A stretch of DNA of 32,000 nt from an uncultured Lachnospiraceae bacterium (GCA_944383545.1 CALWPY010000001.1:11980-43979), one strand, 5' to 3'. Positions 1-10,084 are shown, counted from the first letter of the stretch. The notes: a model not told the origin generated them from the sequence alone. Program-made: numbers and translations.

Positions 1-98
1 ATTTAATCCGGCATTTTTTTAATAACTTCTGCTGAACTAATTTTATCACAGGTGGTTTTAGTTGTCATCAGCTTTCTTTAAGAAAAGCTGTTTAATTA

Positions 99-2039
99 TT
101 AATAATATGAAGAGCCCGAACCAAGTTCCAGATTTACGATAAATTCATCTAAATTCTGAGAAAATGTCATTATATTATTATAATTATCCATTATAAGCTC
201 TTCAAACTCTTCTTCGGAAATCTCAAATAAGTTAACAGCTTCTGCTGTACCATCCATTCCGGAAGGAGTCTCCTGAATTACTCCCTCTGATACGTTCATA
301 GATAATGAAACATATTCTGTTCCCAAATAATATACGGAAATATTATCATATACCAGCTCAAAGTATGAGCCCTTAACAATATTTGTATATCTTCCTTCAC
401 AAACTATATCAATCATCTCATCCATGCCGTCAACAGTTAAGGATAACTCACGATTTACACTATTGTCAGAAGCTTTATAAGTTAAAATATCGCTGGCTTC
501 AACCACTGCCTCATCATTTCCAACAACCTGTATAAGTAATGTCTGTACAAATCCTTCAGATGTTTCATCTGTACTGTTATTAAGAGTTAAGCCAAATTCT
601 TCTCCGTCTGCAGAAAGAATAAAGCCTGCTTCATAATCACTTAAAATATTTTCTTCACCCGTAAATCTGATATAACCCTCATAGCTGAACTCTAAACCAA
701 GGAGTGCATTTTCTACATCATCTTCCGTATGAATACATACAACCTGACCGTCTTTTAAGTAAATACTTACATTAAGGTCCCCTGTTATAAGTGAAGGAAC
801 AAATGACTTCAGCATTTCCATGTTCTGTTCCATCTCTTCCGGTGACACATCAGAGTCGGCATAAAACTCAGCTAAATCGTTACTTGAAAGCATTTCTCCA
901 TAGCTGTCAAGCATTGACTGTAAGGCTTTTTCTAAAGCTTCTTCAGTAAATACCACATTATATTTCTTACACTTTACACTTTTGTCCCCGAGCTGTATAG
1001 TCTCTTTTCCGTCAGAATCAACCGTGGCATCCTCCCAGAGAGTATCAAATACATCTCCCACGCCCGCATAAAAGGCTCCGTATACATCTGAATATTCTTC
1101 CTGTATATCCTTTCCGTCTTTAAAATAATCAATATCAAAATCTTCCGTATCCTCTATCGGTCCCATATATTCATCGGACGCAAGGAAGGAATTATTAAAG
1201 GACGTCACAAAATTTTTATTATTAAATGATATATATTCATCTAAAATTTCAGGAATGGAAATGTATGTATAATCCTCATCGGCATAAATATCAAAGGTTA
1301 AAAGGTTTTTTCCGTTATTTCCCAAAAAGCATCCTATATTAAACAGCTTTGCTTCCTTATCCATGGCATAATTCAAACCGGCACTGAGACCTGAAAGCTG
1401 AGGATTTCCCGCAACACTTTCAAGCGTAAAGTCAAAGGATAACTCGCCGCCTTTTTCATCAATCTCCTTTGACATGTCGCTTAGCCCGAGAATATCATTT
1501 AAAGGAGAGGCCGCAATAATATTTTCCTCAGAAAAAGTCTCCTTAAATGCCTCTACAACCCTGTCCTTATCAGACTTTAAAAGTCCCGGAAGGAATATAA
1601 TACCACATAAAATAAGCACAAGTGCCGCAACTCCCCCGCATATTATACCTATCTTTTTTCCCTTTGTAAGAGGCTTCTTTTCCTTCTTTTTTCCTGTATT
1701 TTCAGGCTGAGGCTGTGGATTTCCCTGATAAGGATATCCCTGATTAGGCTGATTATTATAGTAATCTGTATATGCATTCTGCTGATAATATCCTGTCTGC
1801 GGGTCGTACCCGTTCTGCTGATAATAACTATTTCCCTGTGCATATACGGTCTGGTCATATCCGCTCTGATTATCTGACTGCTGACCTGCCACATTCTGCT
1901 CAGAAACAGTATTCATATTTTCTGCCTGTGATGCCGAGCCTGCATCAGGCTGCATAACTGAATTTGCATCAGGCTGTGGTACAGGATTTACATCAGGCTG
2001 TGGATTGTTCCCCTCAAAATTTCCATTATTACTTTCCAT
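99..2039 (-). CDS. Single-pass membrane protein with an N-terminal Q/N/Y/P-rich low-complexity region; function unknown
   Basis: 646-aa ORF. The first ~115 aa are dominated by Q, N, Y, P and G (NNPQPDVNPVPQPD, YYQQNGYDPQTGYYQQNAY). A KKKEKK stretch follows, then one hydrophobic helix (IGIICGGVAALVLILCGIIFLPGLL) and a ~480-aa acidic domain. It starts 24 bp downstream of buk. I recognise no family. Confidence 0.6.
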   Translation of the reverse strand: MESNNGNFEGNNPQPDVNPVPQPDANSVMQPDAGSASQAENMNTVSEQNVAGQQSDNQSGYDQTVYAQGNSYYQQNGYDPQTGYYQQNAYTDYYNNQPNQGYPYQGNPQPQPENTGKKKEKKPLTKGKKIGIICGGVAALVLILCGIIFLPGLLKSDKDRVVEAFKETFSEENIIAASPLNDILGLSDMSKEIDEKGGELSFDFTLESVAGNPQLSGLSAGLNYAMDKEAKLFNIGCFLGNNGKNLLTFDIYADEDYTYISIPEILDEYISFNNKNFVTSFNNSFLASDEYMGPIEDTEDFDIDYFKDGKDIQEEYSDVYGAFYAGVGDVFDTLWEDATVDSDGKETIQLGDKSVKCKKYNVVFTEEALEKALQSMLDSYGEMLSSNDLAEFYADSDVSPEEMEQNMEMLKSFVPSLITGDLNVSIYLKDGQVVCIHTEDDVENALLGLEFSYEGYIRFTGEENILSDYEAGFILSADGEEFGLTLNNSTDETSEGFVQTLLIQVVGNDEAVVEASDILTYKASDNSVNRELSLTVDGMDEMIDIVCEGRYTNIVKGSYFELVYDNISVYYLGTEYVSLSMNVSEGVIQETPSGMDGTAEAVNLFEISEEEFEELIMDNYNNIMTFSQNLDEFIVNLELGSGSSYY

Positions 2040-2063
2040 AGTCCCTCCTCATAAATAAACCTT

Positions 2064-3128
2064 TTAATATTTCTTTGCTTCTTCCTCTTTATTAAGCACT
2101 CTCAAAGCTCCCTGTGCAAGTGCGAGAAGCTCATCTTCACCCGGATATATGGTTACTCCTGCTATGAAGCCTACCCTCTTTATGATTTCCTCTGTAACAT
2201 ATTTTCCGTATGAAATTCCGCCTGTAAGGATAATCTGGTCAACCTTTCCTGAAAGTACTGCTGCCTGTGCTCCGATATCCTTGCTTACCTGATAGATAAA
2301 TGCATCAAATACATTCTTTGCATACTCATCTGTCTCTGCCATCTTAGCCACGTCTCTTGCATCATTAGTATTTAAGTATGCATTGAAACCGCCGCCGCCG
2401 ACAAGCTTCTTCATCATTTCTTTTTCTGTATATTTACCTGAATAGCAGAGCTTAACAAGTGCTCCCGGAGGAACACAGCCTGCTCTTTCAGGTGAAAATG
2501 CACCGTCACCGTCAAGTGCGTTAAATACATCTATAACTTTTCCACCTGTATGTGCACCGACTGATACACCGCCGCCCATATGCACAACGATAAGGTTTAA
2601 GCTTTCATAAGGAACTCCCTTTTCCTTTGCATATCTTCTTGCAACAGCCTTCTGATTTAAAGCATGGAAAATACTTATTCTCGGAAGCTCAGGTACTCCT
2701 GAAAATCTAGCAATTTCCTGAAGCTCGTCAACAACAACAGGGTCAACGATATAAGAAGGTGCGCCTATCTCATCACCGATTTCTCTTGCAAGAATACCGC
2801 CGAGATTTGATGCATGCTCACCGCCCTTTGCCTGTACAAGGTCTTCTAAAAGTTCGTCACTTACTTCATATGTACCGCTTGGAATAGGCTTAAGAAGTCC
2901 GCCTCTTCCTACGATAACGTCGAAGCTCTTTATGTCAATGTCCTTTTCCTTAAGCATATCTAAAATAACATTCTTACGGAAGTCCTTCTGACTGTAAATA
3001 GTATCGTACTGCTTTATTTCCTCTGTTGAATGTCTTAAGGTTTCATCAAAACTAAGATTTTCATCTTCAAAAACACCAATCTTTGTAGACGTTGAGCCCG
3101 GATTGATTATAAGCATTTTATAAGCCAT
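2064..3128 (-). CDS. buk: Butyrate kinase
   Basis: 354 aa. The N-terminus [18 protein letters not shown], and [42 protein letters not shown] and ILTGGI, are collinear with clostridial Buk (ASKHA fold). It sits directly downstream of ptb. Confidence 0.92.
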   Translation of the reverse strand: MAYKMLIINPGSTSTKIGVFEDENLSFDETLRHSTEEIKQYDTIYSQKDFRKNVILDMLKEKDIDIKSFDVIVGRGGLLKPIPSGTYEVSDELLEDLVQAKGGEHASNLGGILAREIGDEIGAPSYIVDPVVVDELQEIARFSGVPELPRISIFHALNQKAVARRYAKEKGVPYESLNLIVVHMGGGVSVGAHTGGKVIDVFNALDGDGAFSPERAGCVPPGALVKLCYSGKYTEKEMMKKLVGGGGFNAYLNTNDARDVAKMAETDEYAKNVFDAFIYQVSKDIGAQAAVLSGKVDQIILTGGISYGKYVTEEIIKRVGFIAGVTIYPGEDELLALAQGALRVLNKEEEAKKY

Positions 3129-3141
3129 TTTTCTATCTCCT

Positions 3142-4056
3142 TTATTTATTTAACTCTTCTGCAACAACTGCCGCAAATGCAATGGAATTTACCTTTGTCT
3201 CAAATGTATCTGAACGTGAGGTAAGAATAACAGGTGCCTTTGTACCTGTAAGAATACAACCGTTTCTTACCTTTGCCGTATGTACAAGCGCCTTATATAC
3301 AAGGTTTCCTGCATGAATGTCAGGGAAAAGAATAATATCAGCATCTCCTACAATCTTACGTCCTGTAGCTCCTTTATGAATAGCCGCTTCAGGGTCTATT
3401 GCAAGGTCTAATGAGAGAGGTCCGTCAACTATACAGCCTGTAATCTTACCTTCTTCATTCATCTTTGTAAGCTCTGCTGCCTCAACCGTAACAGGCATCT
3501 TAGGGTTTACTACTTCTACTGCCGCAACAGGTGCAACCTTAGGACACTCAATTCCGCATGCATGAACTACTTCTACTGTATTATTTATAATTCCTACTTT
3601 ATCTTCAAGTGTCGGATAAGGAATAAATGCAACATCAGTTAAGAACAACAGCTTGTCATGTCCTTCTATATCAAATACACATACATGTGAAAGAGGATTT
3701 CCCGTTCTAAGTCCTACTTCTTTATCCAGTACGCTCTTAAGGAAGCCTTTTGTATCAATAAGCCCCTTCATATACATGTCAGCCTTTCCGTCATGTACCA
3801 AAGAAACCGCAGTTCTTGCCGCCTCATATATATCCTTTACGTCAATTACTTCATACTCATCAAGGTTCATACCGATTTTATCAGCAATTTCCTTAATCTT
3901 GTCTGCATCTCCTACAAGAATTGCGTCTGCAATTCCCTGCTCCTTGGCAGCCATAACAGATTCCAGTATCGGCTCATCCTGCGCAACTGCAACAGAAACT
4001 ACTTTTCTGCTACACTGTGACACCTTGTGCAACAAATCATCAAAACCCATATTCAT
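3142..4056 (-). CDS. ptb: Phosphate butyryltransferase
   Basis: 304 aa of the phosphate acetyl/butyryltransferase family ([43 protein letters not shown]). Pairing with buk 13 bp downstream supports butyryl specificity. Confidence 0.85.
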   Translation of the reverse strand: MNMGFDDLLHKVSQCSRKVVSVAVAQDEPILESVMAAKEQGIADAILVGDADKIKEIADKIGMNLDEYEVIDVKDIYEAARTAVSLVHDGKADMYMKGLIDTKGFLKSVLDKEVGLRTGNPLSHVCVFDIEGHDKLLFLTDVAFIPYPTLEDKVGIINNTVEVVHACGIECPKVAPVAAVEVVNPKMPVTVEAAELTKMNEEGKITGCIVDGPLSLDLAIDPEAAIHKGATGRKIVGDADIILFPDIHAGNLVYKALVHTAKVRNGCILTGTKAPVILTSRSDTFETKVNSIAFAAVVAEELNK

Positions 4057-4166
4057 TTTCTCATATCACCTTTCATATGTAATTTTTTGCCCTCATCAGG
4101 GCACAGTTATTATATATAATATCACCACAATATAAAATAATCAAGAAATCTTAAAGCTGACATGTA

Positions 4167-4439
4167 CTAAATCCAGTCATAATTTCCGCCTGTAATTGCA
4201 AGGCTTAAAAGAGTGTCCATTTTTTCCACTTCTTCTGCACCCTCACATATGGAAATAAGCTCTGCTGTAGGCTTATTTTCTTCCATTACTTCATCAGGTC
4301 CTATTTCCGGGTCAAACTCACTCTCACAGTCAGGACACTCTGTAAGCTTTTCGGTTGTCAGTTTTAAAAATCTCGTTCCGCACTTTCTACATTCATAAAA
4401 TCCGCATTTTTCAGTGCCGTCGGGTACATAGTACATCAA
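4167..4439 (-). CDS. Small zinc-ribbon protein
   Basis: 90 aa with two CxxC pairs (CRKCGTRF ... CPDCESEF). Its start overlaps the upstream ORF stop by 4 bp. Confidence 0.5.
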   Translation of the reverse strand: MMYYVPDGTEKCGFYECRKCGTRFLKLTTEKLTECPDCESEFDPEIGPDEVMEENKPTAELISICEGAEEVEKMDTLLSLAITGGNYDWI

Positions 4440-4738
4440 CTCTCACTCCTTAGTTTTTTTCTTTTAATTAATTCATCAAGAAGTTTTGAAACAGCGCATA
4501 ATACTATTGCCAGAACGCAGACTATGGTATTTTGCTTTTTCTCTATCTTCTTTCTTCTTTTATTTAAATCCTTTGCTATTCTCTCGGCTTCCTTTATGTC
4601 TGCCTTCATTATTTTTTTCATTTTTCTGCGTTCCCCAAAGCTGTCAGTATTTATGGCTCTTGCCTTTTTAGGCAGCTTAGGTGCCTTAGCTTTTTTTGCG
4701 TCCTTTGCACTTCTTCTCAAAACTATACCTCCTGACAC
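4436..4738 (-). CDS. Lysine-rich small protein with one hydrophobic helix; hypothetical
   Basis: 100 aa, highly basic (KKAKAPKLPKKA, KRRKKIEKK), with the helix IVCVLAIVLCAV. It overlaps the neighbouring ORF on both sides. The true start is uncertain. Confidence 0.35.
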   Translation of the reverse strand: MSGGIVLRRSAKDAKKAKAPKLPKKARAINTDSFGERRKMKKIMKADIKEAERIAKDLNKRRKKIEKKQNTIVCVLAIVLCAVSKLLDELIKRKKLRSES

Positions 4739-5031
4739 TCGTAATCCACACAGCTTCTTTCCGAAACCATAGACCTTACATATCCGGCAACTTCCAGATG
4801 CTTAGGATTTGTCTGATATCCTTTTAAAGCATCTTCATCCTTAAATGTACTGTCCAACATGATATCTCCTGTTGATGAGGAAAGAAACTCTGTCTTTACG
4901 CTTATTTCTTCAAGTCCCGGAATTACACCTTTAAGTCCTTCAAGACCTGCTTTTATTTTGGCTTTTGCCTCACCTTTTTCTTCTTCAGATAATTCCGGTT
5001 TTAATTTCCATATTATTATGTGCTTAACCAT
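4723..5031 (-). CDS. Dabb (stress-responsive alpha-beta barrel) domain protein
   Basis: 102 aa. MVKHIIIWKLKPE, LEGLKGVIPGL, DSTFKDEDALKGYQTNPKHLEV follow the typical Dabb/ferredoxin-like dimeric barrel pattern. Confidence 0.75.
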   Translation of the reverse strand: MVKHIIIWKLKPELSEEEKGEAKAKIKAGLEGLKGVIPGLEEISVKTEFLSSSTGDIMLDSTFKDEDALKGYQTNPKHLEVAGYVRSMVSERSCVDYECQEV

Positions 5032-5154
5032 TGCTTTTATTCCTCCTGTTATAATATTTTCTCAGTCATTCATTACCTTATATTAATTTCACTTTAATTA
5101 TTTATTATACGGATACGTTACTTATTTTTCAAGATTTTATATGGATTCATACAT

Positions 5155-5192
5155 TAAAAAAAGGATTTATCAATCTGATAAATCCCTTTTTA
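5155..5192 (-). terminator. Intrinsic terminator downstream of the cell-wall hydrolase gene (bidirectional shape)
   Basis: Hairpin ggatttatca-atc-tgataaatcc at 5163-5185, flanked by an A-run on the left and a T-rich run on the right. On the minus strand the hairpin is followed by TTTTTTTT, 3-10 nt after the stop at 5195. Confidence 0.6.
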
Positions 5193-5194
5193 TT

Positions 5195-8062
5195 TTAATA
5201 GCTTAAAAGCCTATTTATCTGAGTTTTAAGCTCATATCCGTAGTTCTTTGCTGAAGCCCAGCCCACACCATACGGATTTTCCTGAATTCCCAACCATTCC
5301 ACATATGGTGCACTGCCTCTTGTTACATACTGGAATCTCGGGTCGACACAGGCATTGTTTAATTCCTCAGTTGACGCATATGCCTTCAGGTGCTGAATAT
5401 GTGCACGAATTCCCTCTCTTACACTGGAAAAGGAATTTCCCTTAACACCGTTTCCCGTTGCTCCCAGTCCTGCAAAATTATACTGCTCTATTGATACATC
5501 GCCCGTAAATTTTAAAAAATTCGTTTCCTTCATAGCCTGCGCAAAAGCAACCTCTGCCTTTACTCCCTCTGCCTTTGCTTCTTCTATATACATCTGACAA
5601 AAGGTCTGCAAATCCGGTGCATCTGAATTCGCATAAAAGGACGGGTACGTCGCATATACATTATAATATGCCATAAGCTGACTTACCGTAGTGCCTGAGT
5701 TTCCCATTATACTTGTATATAAGAGTTTATTGGCTATACGCCCCTCACTCTTACCGTAATTAATATAATGCGTATAATATCTTGAAAGATTATCTCCGTA
5801 TGCCAGTCTTAAATCTGCATAGTTGTTTCTGTAATAGCCTACAATAAAATCAGAGTTTCCCTGACGGCCTTCTGCTATTCCGTAGACAACAAAATGTCTT
5901 AATACCGCTGTATCATTTAAGCCGTATTTATTCTTTACATCACTGTATTTATTTACATAATAGCTGAAATTATATACTGATGAATAATCCACTCCGTCAT
6001 AAACATGAGCTATATTCTGCATACTTGTAACGCCGGTTGCCTTTCTGCCCTCGCTTTTTCCGTAATTCATATAATGCAGGTAATAGGATTTTAAGTCACT
6101 TCCATATTTACTCCTAAGGTCTGAGTATGTATACAGGTATGACATTACATCAAAATCTGATTTTGCCTGACGGCCTTCTGCCATTCCGTATAACACAAAG
6201 TGCCTTAACGCAGCCACGTCATTATTTCCGTATGCATTTTTTACATCGCTGTATTTACTTATATAATAATTGTAATCATAAACTGCCGAATAATCCACTC
6301 CGTCGTATTTTGTAACATATCCTGTAAGAGAAGTGCTTCCCGCACCGCTTCTTCCCTCAGCTTTGCCATATTTAATATAGTGCAGATAATAGGATTTTAA
6401 ATCATCTCCGTAGGCAGCTCTTAAATCAGCATATCTGTTTTTATATGTTATAACATTAAATTCAGCATTTCCCTGACGGCCTTCTGCGATTCCGTATACA
6501 ACAAACTGTCTCAAAGCCGCTGCTACATTACTTCCGTAGGTATTTGCCACGTCACTGTATTTTCCTATATAGTAATCAAAGTCAAATACAGCAGAATAAT
6601 CTATTCCTTCATATATATATCCGTCAGACTTTACAAGTCCGTAGTACTCCGCTATTGCTTCTGCGTCGGCAACACCCAGTGCCTTAAGCTTTTCATCAGT
6701 GCTCAGAAAATTTTCTGTATCACTTACATTACTTATGAATGCATGCTCAATCAGTACAGCCGGAATCCCTGCCTTCTTGCATTCCCTTATTACTGCAAGA
6801 TAATCCGCCAGTGAGCCGTCAGGATAGGTAGTATTATTTTCCGAATTATGAATAAGAGTTCCTCCTGCCCACGAATTAAGACCGAGAGCATTCAGATTAT
6901 CAAATATTTTCTGCGCAAGTTCCTTTCCTTCCTGACCCAAATCAGGCCTGTAATTACTGTTAGGATAGTAAACACCTGCTCCGTTTGCAGAGCTGCTCGT
7001 ACTTGAATTTAAATGCAGGCTTACAAACACATCTGCATTCTTTGCTGCCGCAAAATCAGTCCTGTAAGTAAGACAGTCCGAGCCGCTTACCCCGCTTCCT
7101 CCCGCAGGACACTCGCTTCCTGTTCTGGTCATGTATACGGTTACTCCGAAATACTTTTCCAGCTCCTCTTTACAGTATTGAGCTATCTTAAGAACAAGTT
7201 CTTCTTCGTAATATCCGTTCTGATTTGCACCTGCATGTGTACTGTCATGTCCCGGGTCCAGAACAACTATCAAATTCTGATTTGACGAATATAAGGTGTT
7301 TGAAGACTCCTCCAGACTGAATGTCGATACTTCAGGTACTGAGCTTTCATTCTCCTGAAGAACATCTCCGATATTCTGATTAGAAATTACATTTCCCGAT
7401 TCGTCTGTATATACTATATTTTCTCCTGCTTCACCCGACTCCTCCGGGGATATAATAATGTCATCAGGAGTTACGTCCGCTTCCTTATTTACGCCGTAAA
7501 GTATATCCATACCTGCAGAAGCAAAATCTATTGAATATTCTTTTCCTAAGATTATATATGTCATTCCTGAAAGCTTGTAAACAGCCTTCTCACCATCTGC
7601 ATGATTTACGGAAAAGAGCACTGTATTTCCCGATACTTTATTTGCAGAGACCGTAAATTCTTCTCCTGTTTCGGAATTTATATATTGAAGGACCGCTCCC
7701 TCAATTACTGTATTCTGAGTTCCTATCTCCGCCATTATATTCTGACTGTCAGGAGTTGTTATATATGGCTTCTCTACAAATATATAATTAAGAAGTGTTT
7801 CTTCTGCCGGTATCTCATCCGAGCCTTCTTCCGTATTCTCCTTCGTAATTTCTTCTTCTGAGGTATTCTCAATATTATTTTCTGAAGAACTGCTTTCTAT
7901 ATCTGCATCGGAAGGTGTACCTTTTTCTTCAGACGTATCTTGTATACCGGTATTATCCTCGTAGACGGCTTCGGCAGCAAATACCTGATTTACAGGAAGC
8001 TGAGTAAATGCAATAATTACTGCCATCATTACCGCAAGGACTTTACTATAAAACTTTTTCAT
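5195..8062 (-). CDS. Secreted bifunctional peptidoglycan hydrolase: MurNAc-L-alanine amidase, repeat region and C-terminal glucosaminidase
   Basis: 955 aa. Signal peptide MKKFYSKVLAVMMAVIIAFTQLPVNQVFA, then an acidic linker. Amidase_3-like core (VVLDPGHDSTHAGA ... VSLHLNS ... IEHAFISN). Three ~97-aa Y/G-rich repeats. The C-terminal domain carries FAQAMKETNFLKF ... NFAGLGA, typical of LytD-type endo-beta-N-acetylglucosaminidases. Confidence 0.85.
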   Translation of the reverse strand: MKKFYSKVLAVMMAVIIAFTQLPVNQVFAAEAVYEDNTGIQDTSEEKGTPSDADIESSSSENNIENTSEEEITKENTEEGSDEIPAEETLLNYIFVEKPYITTPDSQNIMAEIGTQNTVIEGAVLQYINSETGEEFTVSANKVSGNTVLFSVNHADGEKAVYKLSGMTYIILGKEYSIDFASAGMDILYGVNKEADVTPDDIIISPEESGEAGENIVYTDESGNVISNQNIGDVLQENESSVPEVSTFSLEESSNTLYSSNQNLIVVLDPGHDSTHAGANQNGYYEEELVLKIAQYCKEELEKYFGVTVYMTRTGSECPAGGSGVSGSDCLTYRTDFAAAKNADVFVSLHLNSSTSSSANGAGVYYPNSNYRPDLGQEGKELAQKIFDNLNALGLNSWAGGTLIHNSENNTTYPDGSLADYLAVIRECKKAGIPAVLIEHAFISNVSDTENFLSTDEKLKALGVADAEAIAEYYGLVKSDGYIYEGIDYSAVFDFDYYIGKYSDVANTYGSNVAAALRQFVVYGIAEGRQGNAEFNVITYKNRYADLRAAYGDDLKSYYLHYIKYGKAEGRSGAGSTSLTGYVTKYDGVDYSAVYDYNYYISKYSDVKNAYGNNDVAALRHFVLYGMAEGRQAKSDFDVMSYLYTYSDLRSKYGSDLKSYYLHYMNYGKSEGRKATGVTSMQNIAHVYDGVDYSSVYNFSYYVNKYSDVKNKYGLNDTAVLRHFVVYGIAEGRQGNSDFIVGYYRNNYADLRLAYGDNLSRYYTHYINYGKSEGRIANKLLYTSIMGNSGTTVSQLMAYYNVYATYPSFYANSDAPDLQTFCQMYIEEAKAEGVKAEVAFAQAMKETNFLKFTGDVSIEQYNFAGLGATGNGVKGNSFSSVREGIRAHIQHLKAYASTEELNNACVDPRFQYVTRGSAPYVEWLGIQENPYGVGWASAKNYGYELKTQINRLLSY
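5738..6610 (-). repeat. Three tandem ~290-bp in-frame coding repeats inside the hydrolase gene
   Basis: The protein repeat YDGVDYSxVYxFxYYxxKYSDVxNxYGxNxxAxLRHFVxYGxAEGRQ...YxDLRxxYGxxLxxYYxHYxxYGKxEGR occurs three times. Each unit is made of two related ~40-aa halves. Confidence 0.8.
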
Positions 8063-8295
8063 AATATCACCCTTTTTAATAATTAATCTTCATTTCACTT
8101 TCTACATTTTATTATCTGTTTTTACAATATTCAAGCTTTTTCATCAAAATAATTGCTCTTTAGATTAAATTTCACACTTTCTTCGCTCTTTTGTATTTTT
8201 ATTCCATATACCGTCTGTTTTTATTTTTTTAATTTCTACTTTGGGAATTTTCTTTATAACTCAGATAAATCAAAGAAGTTTAAAAAATTAAAGTA

Positions 8296-8346
8296 GGGGC
8301 TGTCGCTTTAACGAATAAAAATTCGTGAAGCGACAGCTTCCTTTTT
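8296..8346 (+). repeat. IS end distal to the transposase start: terminal inverted repeat forming a hairpin plus T-run
   Basis: ggggctgtcgcttt-aacgaataaaaattcgt-gaagcgacagc followed by ttccttttt. The first 11 nt equal the reverse complement of 10172-10182. Confidence 0.6.
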
Positions 8347-8464
8347 GCTATTTTTACGATTGATTTTAAGAAGAAATTCAATCCTTATCTGCTTTTCTAT
8401 AAAAAAAGCGTACTTTAATAAGCCATTTTCCATGGCTTAAAAGTTTATTTTAATAAGTTAAAAA

Positions 8465-10084
8465 TCAAGCACTTTTTAGAGGAAATAAATGAGTTCCGGT
8501 CTTACCTTTTTGAATCTTGTTATGTAGTTTATTTATATTCCTTGCCATCGCCAGCAATGTACTTTCTGCAAGAACATTAGTTGTTCCTTTGCTTAAGTAT
8601 CTTCTAAACTGCATATCCTGTTTTAAATCTCCAAAGGAACCTTCTGCCTGAATGCTTCGGTTTGTTCGAAAAAGAATTCCTTCTTCTGAAAAAATCCGTT
8701 CCAAATCTTTCTGTCTGTATTTCAGAAATGTTTTGGCAACCTGAATCGTTTTTGTTCTTTCATCCAAAGGTGTCTTACAGTTATTGCTTTTGATACATTC
8801 CTTTTTGTAAGGGCATCCATCGCAGTTCTCACATTTATAAATAGTCTTTTCACTCACATACCCGGTTTTGCTTTTGGATTGTCTGACATGAACGACTGTC
8901 AGCCTTTTATCATTTCTGCAGGTATAAATATCCGCTTCTTCATCATATTCCATGTTTTCGATTTTTCCTATGTTGTTTCTGTATTTACGTTTTTTTGAAA
9001 TTTCATAGTTGGCTGGTTTTATATAAGAAATCTGTCCATTGCTTTCAAGAAATAGATAGTTTTCCTCACTTTCATACCCCGCATCCGCAGTGATATTTTT
9101 GTACTTGAATTTAAGATGATTTTCTGCATCTTTTAAAAATGGTATCAGGGTTGTTGTATCAGTGGGCTGCGGCCCGATGGTAAGCCATGTGATATATTCA
9201 GAATCTACACCATGCTGGAGATTGTACGCCGGTTTTAACTGCCCATTTCCCATAGCATCTTCTTTCATTCTCATAAATGTAGCATCATGGTCGGTTTTGG
9301 AATAGCTGTTCCGTTCTCCACAGATATGAATTTGCTGATTGTATTCTTTGAGTCTGGACAAATATCCCTCAAGGGTTTCAATGCTCTTTTGAAGTAGCGT
9401 TTTTCTTTTGCCTATACCATGGACAAAAACTACATTTTCGCTTTCTTTCAGAGTATAAAGTTTTTTACGAAGTTTCTTTACGTGCTTCATTTTTATAATA
9501 CTGTCATAAACAATCTTTATGTCATAAAGTTGTTCGCACTCAGCGACAAAATCAGCAAGTTTTATGAGGAGTTTTTCCTGATTCTTAGTTACTGCTTTCT
9601 TCCAGACAAAAGTATATTTGTTTGCGTTGGCTTCAATTTTTGTACCGTCAATAAAAATGGTCTCTCCCGAAATTTCACCAAGGTCAAAAAGTGTATTGGA
9701 CATTTCTGCAAGAATTCGCTTAGAACATAGAGCAAAATGAATACTTCGAAATCGTGCAAATATCGAATGGTCTGGAGCAGGCGCACCTTCCAAAAGGAAC
9801 ATGAAATTGATGTCCCTCTTGCAGTTTAACTCCATGGAACGTGATAAATAATCCCCATTCATGTAAGAATAGAGAACAATCTTAAGAAGCGTTCTTGGCG
9901 ATACTGAATTTATTCTTTCATAAGTAGAATACAGGTCAGTCAAATCCATAGCCTCCACAAATTGACTTAGTAAACGCACAGAATCATCTTCAGGAATAAT
10001 TGTTTCAAGATTTAGCGGAAGTTTTAGTTGATATCCTTCTGCATTTTGGGTATAATCTTTTTGTAATTTAATAGGTAATAGCAT
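8465..10084 (-). CDS. IS1182-family (IS5-like DDE) transposase
   Basis: 539 aa. The N-terminal DUF772-like region reads DDSVRLLSQFVEAMDLTDLYSTY ... LLKIVLYSYMNGDYLSRSMELNCKRDINFMFL. The DDE core has IFIDGTKIEANANKY and ITADAGYESEENY. A Cys cluster (CENCDGCPYKKEC) and the C-terminal IQAEGSFGDLKQ ... LLAMARNINKL match the family. Confidence 0.85.
   Translation of the reverse strand: MLLPIKLQKDYTQNAEGYQLKLPLNLETIIPEDDSVRLLSQFVEAMDLTDLYSTYERINSVSPRTLLKIVLYSYMNGDYLSRSMELNCKRDINFMFLLEGAPAPDHSIFARFRSIHFALCSKRILAEMSNTLFDLGEISGETIFIDGTKIEANANKYTFVWKKAVTKNQEKLLIKLADFVAECEQLYDIKIVYDSIIKMKHVKKLRKKLYTLKESENVVFVHGIGKRKTLLQKSIETLEGYLSRLKEYNQQIHICGERNSYSKTDHDATFMRMKEDAMGNGQLKPAYNLQHGVDSEYITWLTIGPQPTDTTTLIPFLKDAENHLKFKYKNITADAGYESEENYLFLESNGQISYIKPANYEISKKRKYRNNIGKIENMEYDEEADIYTCRNDKRLTVVHVRQSKSKTGYVSEKTIYKCENCDGCPYKKECIKSNNCKTPLDERTKTIQVAKTFLKYRQKDLERIFSEEGILFRTNRSIQAEGSFGDLKQDMQFRRYLSKGTTNVLAESTLLAMARNINKLHNKIQKGKTGTHLFPLKSA

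Noticed and set aside
1-98. Possible partial gene or terminator at the left edge
   Set aside because: Only a 21-codon minus-strand reading frame and a weak hairpin (cagctttc-tttaa-gaaaagctg) without a clear U-run are present. There is too little sequence to support a call.
4091-4116. Hairpin tgccct-catc-agggca between the zinc-ribbon gene and ptb as a terminator
   Set aside because: The T-run precedes the stem on the plus strand, so on the minus strand the stem is followed by an A-run. It does not have intrinsic-terminator geometry for the minus-strand genes here.
3653-4135. 160-aa plus-strand ORF, and many similar 60-160-aa ORFs antisense to ptb, the autolysin gene, the transposase, the RM genes, gyrA, gyrB, recF, dnaN and dnaA
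   Set aside because: All are nested antisense within long, well-supported genes. Their Ser/Leu/Phe/Ile-rich composition is typical of out-of-frame reading of AT-rich coding DNA, and they carry no motifs.
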